Shown piece after piece: positions 25,238 through 32,000 of a stretch of DNA of 32,000 nucleotides (position 1 is its first letter; each line of letters starts with the position of its first letter). Source of the DNA: Candidatus Iainarchaeum sp. GTDB lineage: Archaea > Iainarchaeota > Iainarchaeia > Iainarchaeales > JACQJH01. The position numbers and the translations under genes were made by a program. Below the pieces are notes generated by a model. That model had not been told where the DNA came from and did not search any database. It saw nothing but the letters and a program-made list of their open reading frames with translations. The stretch covers positions 540,001 to 572,000 of the forward strand of contig JACQJH010000002.1 in the NCBI GenBank assembly GCA_016205145.1, read 5' to 3'.

Positions 25238-25833
25238 GGGCAAAAACACAGAAAAGGGAACGGCTTCGTATGGAACGGGCAAATCCTGTCGACCTGCCGG
25301 AAAAACTCCATATTAACACCTACTACTTCCCGAAACTGAAACTATACAGTGCAACAATAGGCAGCGAAAAATTCCATTTTGCGCTTTTTCAAAACACAAA
25401 TACTGTTGAAATTCTTGATTCGATTGGCCAGGTAATAGGCAGCATTACTTCTGCGGTTCGCGGACCGGTGGACTTTGCGGCTAATGAACGGCGCGAAATC
25501 TGGGATAGGGAACACAGGGGCAAAGGCCTCGGCTCTGCCGCCCTCAAATTGCTCGAAAACGCGATTTTTGAAAAGAATGGCGAGGCCACAACGCTGAGCG
25601 GCGGCACGGTAAAAAAATCTGTCCTGCTTATGTTTCTCAGGAACGGTTACGAGTTGAGCGATGCCGACGCCGGACTGCTTTGCCAGCACCTGTCCGTGAC
25701 TTTAAGAAAGCCAGTTGCGCGGGATGGAATTGCGTCCGCTTTGAAGGACAGGCACGTACTGGAAAGTCTGCCTGCGCGTATAGGTTTTTCAAAAACAATT
25801 GTTAGGCCAAATGACTTATTTTGGGGGGAATGA
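25234..25833 (+). CDS. putative GNAT-fold acetyltransferase-like protein
   Basis: 199 aa. Motif-A-like HRGKGLGSAALKLLENAI, then VKKSVLLMFLRNGYEL. Its start overlaps the JAMM stop (ATGA) and its stop abuts the gpmI ATG. The family assignment is tentative. Confidence 0.45.
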   Translation: MRAKTQKRERLRMERANPVDLPEKLHINTYYFPKLKLYSATIGSEKFHFALFQNTNTVEILDSIGQVIGSITSAVRGPVDFAANERREIWDREHRGKGLGSAALKLLENAIFEKNGEATTLSGGTVKKSVLLMFLRNGYELSDADAGLLCQHLSVTLRKPVARDGIASALKDRHVLESLPARIGFSKTIVRPNDLFWGE

Positions 25834-27402
25834 ATGGAACACGCTGAAATTTCTCGGAAAGTTGTTCTCATCGTCCTCGACGGCTGGGGCATCGGAAAGA
25901 AGGGAGATCCCGGCAACTGCGTGGAGCAGGCGAACATCCCCAATTTCACGAAATACTGGAATGGCTTTCCGCACTGCGAAAACGATGCGAGCGGCGAGGC
26001 TGTCGGATTGCCTGCGGGCAGCCAGGGCAATTCCGAGGTCGGGCACTTGCACATGGGCGCCGGACGCATTGTATGGCAGCCTTTTGAAATGATTAACCGG
26101 AAGATCCGGAGCGAAGAGTTTTTCAAAAACCCTGCCCTGAAAAAGGCCATGGAAAATGCGCGGAAGAAAAACTCGAAACTGCATTTGATGGGATTGTGCT
26201 CCGATGAAGGGGTGCATGCGCACGTCAACCATTTGCTTGCACTGCTGGAAATGGCGAAACGCGAAAAGGTTCCGGGTGAAAAGGTTTTCGTGCACTTTTT
26301 TTCGGATGGAAGGGACGTGCCGGAGAAAAGCGCGGAAAAGTATGCCAAAGCTATTGAGGAAAAATGCGCGCAGCTTGGCTTTGGCGAAATCGCAAGCGTT
26401 TGCGGCCGCTACTATTCTATGGACAGAGACAACAACTGGGACAGGACACAGAAGGCGTTCGAACTGCTGACGGAAGGCAGGGGCAAGACCGCCAAAAGCG
26501 CATTGCAGGCAATCCGAAATGCGTATGCGGATAACGTGAAAACAGACTATTATATTGAGCCGACCGCAATTGTTGCCGGGAACGGAAAGCCGAAGGCGGT
26601 TGTCGGAGACAATGACAGCATCATCTTTTTCAATTTCCGCACGGATAGGGTGAGGCAGCTGACAAAGGCGTTTGTCTCGGGAAATTTTGATTTGTTTGAA
26701 AGGAAAAAAGCGCCAAAGGTTTTTTTCGCGTGCTTCGGCTCAAGTGACAAGAGCGTGAAAGTGGACACGGCATTTTCCGAAACGCATGTGAAAAATTGCC
26801 TCGGCGAAGTGCTTGCAAAAAAAGGCTTGAAACAGCTGCGCATGGCTGAAACGGAAAAGTACGCACACGTCACATACTTTTTCAATGCGCAAGTTGAAGC
26901 GCCCTTCAAGGGCGAGGAACGGCTGCTTGTGCCCTCCGCCAAAGTGCCGAGCTATGATTTGAAACCGGAAATGTCCGCAGCGGAAATAGCAGAGAATGCG
27001 TCGGGGGAAATTGCCAAAAAAGAGTTTGCCTTTGTTCTCATAAATTTCGCCAACGGCGACCTGGTCGGCCACAGCGCTGTAATTCCTGCAGTCGTGAAAG
27101 GCATTGAAGCCATGGACAAAGCGCTTGGCGTGGTTGTTGAAACCTGCCTTGCAAACGGTTACACTGCAATAATCACGGCCGACCATGGCAGCGCGGAGGA
27201 AAAGCTGTACCCTGACGGCACGCCAAAGCCGTCGCACAGCACAAACAGGGTGCCGTTCATTGCCGTTTCAAATGACAAAAGCCTTGCAGGCGCAAAATTC
27301 CTGTCCGGCGGGCAGAAGGACGTCGCGCCGACGGTGCTGGAAATAATGGGTTTGCCGAAGCCGGCTGAGATGACAGGCAGAAGCCTTTTGCGGAAAATAT
27401 AA
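25834..27402 (+). CDS. gpmI: 2,3-bisphosphoglycerate-independent phosphoglycerate mutase, bacterial GpmI type
   Basis: 522 aa with VVLIVLDGWGIG, GNSEVGHLHMGAGR, ITADHGSAE, and GpmI-like length and domain order. Confidence 0.9.
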   Translation: MEHAEISRKVVLIVLDGWGIGKKGDPGNCVEQANIPNFTKYWNGFPHCENDASGEAVGLPAGSQGNSEVGHLHMGAGRIVWQPFEMINRKIRSEEFFKNPALKKAMENARKKNSKLHLMGLCSDEGVHAHVNHLLALLEMAKREKVPGEKVFVHFFSDGRDVPEKSAEKYAKAIEEKCAQLGFGEIASVCGRYYSMDRDNNWDRTQKAFELLTEGRGKTAKSALQAIRNAYADNVKTDYYIEPTAIVAGNGKPKAVVGDNDSIIFFNFRTDRVRQLTKAFVSGNFDLFERKKAPKVFFACFGSSDKSVKVDTAFSETHVKNCLGEVLAKKGLKQLRMAETEKYAHVTYFFNAQVEAPFKGEERLLVPSAKVPSYDLKPEMSAAEIAENASGEIAKKEFAFVLINFANGDLVGHSAVIPAVVKGIEAMDKALGVVVETCLANGYTAIITADHGSAEEKLYPDGTPKPSHSTNRVPFIAVSNDKSLAGAKFLSGGQKDVAPTVLEIMGLPKPAEMTGRSLLRKI

Positions 27403-27522
27403 AAATAAAACAGCTGGGTATCGAGCAACGCGAGCTTCCCGTGTAGGGGGCCCCCCTCACAACCCCGAATGTTTAATGCGAAAATAAAGCAGATGGGTAC
27501 TGAGCAATAGCGAAGTACCCGT
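27402..27522 (+). repeat. two degenerate 41-42-nt direct repeats (79-nt period) flanking a G5C6 palindrome
   Basis: 27402-27442 (aaaataaaacagctgggtatcgagcaacgcgagcttcccgt) and 27481-27522 (aaaataaagcagatgggtactgagcaatagcgaagtacccgt) are about 75% identical. Copy 2 folds as gggtact/agtaccc. gggggcccccc lies at 27446-27456. Confidence 0.6.
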
Positions 27523-27581
27523 CGTCGAACCCGGCGGACGAAACCGCCGCGCACCAGCCGGGCGCGACGGCTGCGGAGACA

Positions 27582-27618
27582 TTTTAATATAGGGATTTGT
27601 TTCATAATATAGGGTTTT
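27582..27618 (+). promoter_or_regulatory. duplicated TATA-like module upstream of the second pilin-like cluster
   Basis: ttaatatagggatt and ataatatagggttt occur 21 nt apart and end 5 nt before the ATG at 27623. Confidence 0.4.
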
Positions 27619-27622
27619 TATC

Positions 27623-28048
27623 ATGCGGCAGAAAGGGCAGCTGAGCCTTGACTATATCCTTGCGTTCCTTGTCCTCATTGTCTTTGTCATAGGCTTCCAG
27701 GCGCTGTCAAGGGAGATAACCAAAAACCAGCAGGTTTCAGGCCTCATAAACCAGGAAACGATTATCGGGAACAACGTTGCGCATCTCATGGCTTCGGCAA
27801 AGGCCTTGTCGGGAAACGACGGTCTTGTAATCGAATACTACGTTCCGGCTCTGCAGGTTGCAGGCGCGGGCGGAGTTGGATGCGACATAACGATTGCCGG
27901 CGGCCAGATAACCATCACTCCGGCAATTGGCGCTTTCGGGCTCAATGAAACGGACGCAATGAAGCGCATTACATTTTCTCCGCCAGGCGGAATAAATTTT
28001 CCGTCAAATGCCAAATGCGGGGAAAAGATTTCAATAACGAAAACGTGA
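27623..28048 (+). CDS. class III signal peptide (pilin-like) protein, 141 aa
   Basis: MRQKG|QLSLDYILAFLVLIVFVIGF, then a Gly/Ile/Thr-rich beta-type domain. Confidence 0.65.
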   Translation: MRQKGQLSLDYILAFLVLIVFVIGFQALSREITKNQQVSGLINQETIIGNNVAHLMASAKALSGNDGLVIEYYVPALQVAGAGGVGCDITIAGGQITITPAIGAFGLNETDAMKRITFSPPGGINFPSNAKCGEKISITKT

Positions 28049-28057
28049 GTTGGAAAA

Positions 28058-28591
28058 ATGCAGAAAGGCCAGATTGCATCGCTTGATTTCCTGATCGGGC
28101 TGTCACTCGTCATTCTTGCGACCGGCCTCATGCTGCGGTTCATGGAATTCCAGGGATACGACTTGAAGGAAAGCGTTGCCTCCGCCGAACTTCGCGGAGT
28201 AGCGGAAACCGCTTCGGATTTGCTTGTAAGCAATCCCGACTGGAACTGCAAAATAACCAGTGCTGTTGGGGGCGCAACGCTCTTGTCTTTGAGCAATTGC
28301 CTGACAAACCAGAGCAAAAGCACCATAAACGACAAAACCAAGCTCGGCATTTCTTCAGGCTATGGCTGCAGCATAACCGACGATGCAGGAAATTACTTTT
28401 TGGCGTCGGCCTGCAAGGATGCCGTGCCATCGAACGCGCCCGATGTCGCAAGCGTGGATAGGGAAATAAACCTAGTTGCAATCAATGGCACGTTGAACGT
28501 GCCAAAGGCGGCGATTGAAAACTGCATGTCCGGCGCGGACACGGCAACCTGTGCGCCCAAGACTTTGAGGGTGAAAGTTTGGCGCGCTTGA
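28058..28591 (+). CDS. class III signal peptide (pilin-like) protein, 177 aa, 6 Cys
   Basis: MQKG|QIASLDFLIGLSLVILATGLML, with six Cys residues in the predicted extracellular part. Confidence 0.65.
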   Translation: MQKGQIASLDFLIGLSLVILATGLMLRFMEFQGYDLKESVASAELRGVAETASDLLVSNPDWNCKITSAVGGATLLSLSNCLTNQSKSTINDKTKLGISSGYGCSITDDAGNYFLASACKDAVPSNAPDVASVDREINLVAINGTLNVPKAAIENCMSGADTATCAPKTLRVKVWRA

Positions 28592-29196
28592 ACCAGAAAG
28601 GCGTTTTTTCCGCGCTCATAGCGGTTGTAGCGGTTGTCCTGCTCGTTTCCACGATTTACAATTCGCAGGCGCTTGGAAGGCAGGCAAATCAGGCGATTAG
28701 CAGGCAGAACATCCTGCCGGCAAACGCGCAATTGCAGCAGACCGTGTTCCTGCTTGACAAGGCGGCAGGCGACGCATTGGCCGACCAGGCATACCAGCAT
28801 CTTGTTGCACAGGGCGGAACCCAGTGCTACAGCCCCAACTTTCCGTCGCCGTTGTATGAGACGAGAGTCAGGGATTACTTCACCAATGTTTTTGCACAGA
28901 CCGGCAGCGGAATAGAATGCAAGATTGATTCATTGGAATTTGACGGAAATCCGGCCGGCACGGACAGCCTTGGCACGCCATCCTTGCACCCAGGCAGCTG
29001 CGAGGCCGGCAACAAGTGCACTTCGTTCATAAGGATAAGCCCGGTCGTGTCATGCGAAATCAGGAATACCGGCTTCAGGGCGCGGGTTTCAAAGAACGCG
29101 GTTTTCGAGAAAGAGCTGTTGTATTACAAGGAAGGCGCGGACTGCAAAATCGAAGTCTTGGACTTGCAGAGCGGCCTGCTTGACGTACTGCCATGA
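28579..29196 (+). CDS. pilin-like N-terminal-helix protein, 205 aa, 6 Cys
   Basis: A TTG start overlaps the previous gene by 13 nt. N-terminus ARLNQKG|VFSALIAVVAVVLLVSTIY lacks Gln at +1. Six Cys residues. Confidence 0.5.
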   Translation: MARLNQKGVFSALIAVVAVVLLVSTIYNSQALGRQANQAISRQNILPANAQLQQTVFLLDKAAGDALADQAYQHLVAQGGTQCYSPNFPSPLYETRVRDYFTNVFAQTGSGIECKIDSLEFDGNPAGTDSLGTPSLHPGSCEAGNKCTSFIRISPVVSCEIRNTGFRARVSKNAVFEKELLYYKEGADCKIEVLDLQSGLLDVLP

Positions 29197-29270
29197 AAAG
29201 CCGCTGAATCAAACTTCTTTTTTGCGCGCACTGCTTTCCGTTAAAAGCTTTTGGGAAACCAAAATATCCT

Positions 29271-31058
29271 ATGCAATTGTCCATTGCGAAGAAACGGATT
29301 GCCGTCATCGACTATGATAAATGCGACCCCGTCAAATGCGGCGGCTATTACTGCGAAAGGGTCTGCCCGGTCAACAGGACGGACAAGAAATGCATTTACC
29401 ATGAAGGCAAGGAAAAGCCGCTCATCTCGGAAGAGCTTTGCATTGGCTGCATGATTTGCGTGAAGGCCTGCCCTTTCGGCGCGATTTCAATAATCAACCT
29501 TTCAATCGACCCCGGATATGTTTTGCACCAGTTCGGCCAGAACCTTTTCAGGATCCACGGCGTCGCCCTGCCTAAGCAGGGGAAGGTTGTCGGCCTGCTG
29601 GGAAGGAACGGCACGGGCAAGACGACCATAACGAAAATTTTGTCCGGACAGGTCGTGCCCAACCTCGGCGCATATGACGGCGATGGAAGCTGGGAAACCG
29701 TTCTGGAGTTTTTCCGCGGAAAGGAGATAAGGGAATTTTTTGAAGGGGTCAGCGCCGGGAGCGCGAGGGTTTCAATCAAGCCGCAGAACGTCGAGGCGAT
29801 TCCGAAGAATTTCAGGGGCAGCGTGCAGGAACTGCTCGAAAAGGTTGACGGAAAAAATGCCGTTCAGGAAATCTCCGGCCGCCTTGGATTGAATGGCATC
29901 CTCGCCAGGCCGATTTCCAAGGTTTCGGGCGGCGAACTCCAGAAGGTCGCGATTGCCGCGGCAGCGCTCAAGGACGCAGACCTGTATTTTTTCGACGAAC
30001 CCTCGTCGTATCTTGACATCCGCGAAAGGCTGAAGGTCGCGGAGTTCATTTCGGAAATCGCTGAAAGCGGAAAGTCTGTCATGGTTGTCGAGCACGATCT
30101 TATCATCATGGATTTCCTGACGGATTTCGTGCATTTGATGTACGGCGCGCCGGGCGTTTACGGAATGCTGTCGCAGATCAAGAATTCGCGCGAGGGCATA
30201 AACGATTACCTTGAAGGTTACAGCCGCGAGGAAAACTACAGGTTTCGCGACAAGCCCATAAAGTTTGACGTGAAGGGCGCCAAGGAAATGAAAAGGCTTG
30301 AACTGCTCGCCGAATGGCCGGAGCTGGAAAAAAGGCTTGACGGGTTTGAATTGAAGGTCGAGGCGAACCGCATCAACAAAAACGAAGTTGTTGGAGTGTT
30401 GGGGCCGAACGGCATCGGAAAAAGCACTTTTGCGAAAATGCTTGTCTCGGAAATAAGGCCGGACAACACCGGGCTTGATGTGAAGCGGACCATTTCGTAC
30501 AAGCCGCAGTACATTGCGATGGAATCGGATAAGACCGTGCTGGAGCTCTTCAAGGAAAACGGCGCCGAAATATCTGATCCGGACATAAAGAGCACCATCA
30601 CCTCCCCTTTGGGCGTCGACGAACTCCTGGAAAAAAGCGTTTCAACGCTTTCAGGCGGGGAAATGCAGCGCGTTGCCATTGCATTGTGCCTTGCAAGAAA
30701 ATCCGATTTGATTCTGATGGACGAGCCTTCCGCGCACCTGGACATCGAGCAGAGGCTGAACGTTGCAAAGGTAATAAGGAACATTGTCGAGGGAAAAGGC
30801 GTTGCCGCGCTCATCATAGACCACGATCTTCTGTTCCTGGACTACATTTCCGACAGGCTCATGGTTTTTTCCGGCGAACCATCGAAGAAGGGCCTTTGCC
30901 AGGGGCCGTTTCCGATGGAGAAGGGCATGAATCTTTTGCTCAAGGAGCTTGACATTACTCTCAGAAGGGATGAAAGGACGAAAAGGCCGCGCATCAACAA
31001 GCGCGATTCGGTCAAGGACAGGGAGCAGAAGAAAAGCGGAAAATACTATTATGAGTGA
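29271..31058 (+). CDS. abcE1: ABCE1 (RNase L inhibitor homolog) ribosome-recycling ATPase
   Basis: 595 aa. N-terminal FeS Cys clusters (DKCDPVKCGGYYCERVCP; CIGCMICVKACP), two NBDs (GRNGTGKTT/SGGELQ and GPNGIGKST/SGGEMQ). Confidence 0.95.
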   Translation: MQLSIAKKRIAVIDYDKCDPVKCGGYYCERVCPVNRTDKKCIYHEGKEKPLISEELCIGCMICVKACPFGAISIINLSIDPGYVLHQFGQNLFRIHGVALPKQGKVVGLLGRNGTGKTTITKILSGQVVPNLGAYDGDGSWETVLEFFRGKEIREFFEGVSAGSARVSIKPQNVEAIPKNFRGSVQELLEKVDGKNAVQEISGRLGLNGILARPISKVSGGELQKVAIAAAALKDADLYFFDEPSSYLDIRERLKVAEFISEIAESGKSVMVVEHDLIIMDFLTDFVHLMYGAPGVYGMLSQIKNSREGINDYLEGYSREENYRFRDKPIKFDVKGAKEMKRLELLAEWPELEKRLDGFELKVEANRINKNEVVGVLGPNGIGKSTFAKMLVSEIRPDNTGLDVKRTISYKPQYIAMESDKTVLELFKENGAEISDPDIKSTITSPLGVDELLEKSVSTLSGGEMQRVAIALCLARKSDLILMDEPSAHLDIEQRLNVAKVIRNIVEGKGVAALIIDHDLLFLDYISDRLMVFSGEPSKKGLCQGPFPMEKGMNLLLKELDITLRRDERTKRPRINKRDSVKDREQKKSGKYYYE

Positions 31059-31087
31059 AATGGTTCGGCGACGGAAAGTGAATTTGA

Positions 31088-32000
31088 ATGAAAGTCCTGA
31101 AAGCAGACCAGAAGCTCGGATTGCTTGAAATCGTGCCGGAAGTGCCTGACGATTTGTGGCATCTTGAACGGATAATCGAGAAAGGCGACGTTGTTTCCGG
31201 CGAAACCGACCGCAAGATAAAGGGAAACGAGGGCGAGCAGGCAAAGCGCGTAAAGCTTTTTGTTGAACTGGAAGTCGAAGGCGCCGAATTCCACAAATTT
31301 TCCGGCCTGCTGAGGGTCAACGGCACAATTGTTGCCGGAAAGCCCGAGGAATTCATAGAACAGAAAGCGCACCAGAGCCTGGACCTTGAGCTTGGAAAAA
31401 AAATTTCCGTGAAAAAGAAGAGCCTCAAGGCATATCAGCTTGAACGCCTCAAAAAGGCGCAGAAGGCCACGCGCGGAAGCGTCCTGCTGGTTGTATTGGA
31501 CGATGAAAGCGCAAGCTTTGCCGTGCTCAAGGAATTTTCACTTGAGGAGAAAGCTTCCATACGCGGAAGCAGGAAAGGCAAACAGCTTGAAGGCGAGGAA
31601 GGCGAAGAAGCCTTTTTCTCGGAGATACTTGAAAAGGCAAAGCAGTCCGGCCTTGAAAAAATCGTGTTCGCCGGCCCGGGCTTCACAAAGGACAAGCTGA
31701 AGGCGTTTCTTGCAGGAAAAGGCGAACTGAAGCCGACGCATTTTTTTGAGCCCTCCAACAGCGTTGGAAGGACCGGCCTCAACGAGCTTCTGAAAAGCGA
31801 CGCATTGCAGAAAATCGTGCAGGAAATGCAGGTTTTGAAGGACGCAAGGCTGCTGGAAAAGATTCTCGCGGAACTCGGAAAGAACAGCGGCATGGCCTGC
31901 TACGGCCTGAAGGAAATAAGCGGGGCGGTTGATGCCGGAGCGGTTGAAATTCTTCTCGTCTCCGACAAAATGCTTCTTTCAAACAGGGAGAAGGCAGAAG
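31088..32000 (+). CDS. pelA: Pelota (aDom34) mRNA surveillance factor, 3'-truncated by the window end
   Basis: My own translation from the ATG at 31088 gives MKVLKADQKLGLLEIVPEVPDDLWHLERIIEKGDVVSGETDRKIK...VFAGPGFTKDKL...ACYGLKEISGAVDAGAVEILLVSD. The frame stays open to 32000. It is absent from the ORF track because there is no stop in the window. Confidence 0.85.
   Translation, partial: MKVLKADQKLGLLEIVPEVPDDLWHLERIIEKGDVVSGETDRKIKGNEGEQAKRVKLFVELEVEGAEFHKFSGLLRVNGTIVAGKPEEFIEQKAHQSLDLELGKKISVKKKSLKAYQLERLKKAQKATRGSVLLVVLDDESASFAVLKEFSLEEKASIRGSRKGKQLEGEEGEEAFFSEILEKAKQSGLEKIVFAGPGFTKDKLKAFLAGKGELKPTHFFEPSNSVGRTGLNELLKSDALQKIVQEMQVLKDARLLEKILAELGKNSGMACYGLKEISGAVDAGAVEILLVSDKMLLSNREKAE

Noticed and set aside
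25647-26348. 233-aa and 159-aa minus-strand ORFs over the GNAT-like/gpmI junction.
   Set aside because: They are antisense to gpmI, whose conserved motifs are unambiguous. They have no motifs of their own.
27403-27622. A possible tRNA, C/D-box sRNA or CRISPR array in the structured intergenic region. This also covers the 148-aa minus-strand ORF 27159-27605.
   Set aside because: No acceptor/D/anticodon/T-arm arrangement can be drawn on either strand (the TCGAAC-like strings lack flanking complementary stems). There are no RUGAUGA/CUGA boxes. Only two degenerate repeat copies exist, so it is not a CRISPR array. The minus-strand ORF is R-rich and runs antisense into gpmI.
1-32000. Transposases, integrases, restriction-modification or known defence-system genes that would flag a genomic island.
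   Set aside because: I recognised none in any frame. Apart from the intein homing endonuclease and the RHH/PIN pair, the window contains no mobility or defence genes.

Overview
Gene-dense (about 90% coding, roughly 50% GC) chromosomal segment of an archaeon. Archaeal hallmarks are the RFC small subunit, aCPSF1 (a KH/beta-CASP RNase), proteasome beta subunit, NreA, ABCE1, Pelota and many class III (type IV pilin-like) signal peptides. Tight packing, frequent ATGA or short overlaps, TTG/GTG starts preceded by GGAGG/GGTG-type ribosome-binding sites, and bacterial-type ThrRS and iPGM are compatible with a small-genome (possibly DPANN-like) lineage. I cannot confirm this without a database search. 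The main accessory content is an 11-gene minus-strand Epd/Tad-like type IV pilus operon (9138-17404). It encodes a secretion ATPase, two TadB/C-like platform proteins, five tandem Flp-sized pilins, an A24 prepilin peptidase and two larger pilin-like proteins. The ATPase is interrupted at its His-box by a 460-aa LAGLIDADG intein that ends in Gly-Asn and carries an XRE-like HTH. A second cluster of three Cys-rich class III signal proteins lies at 27623-29196, preceded by the only long intergenic region, which is structured. Other content: a convergent, overlapping RHH/PIN pair; a membrane-embedded spermidine-synthase-like protein; an orphan secreted repeat protein; a tightly coupled operon (OB-fold anchor, DUF112/TctA-like, JAMM, GNAT-like, iPGM); and an adjacent ABCE1-Pelota pair. 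I found no rRNA, tRNA, CRISPR array or transposase.
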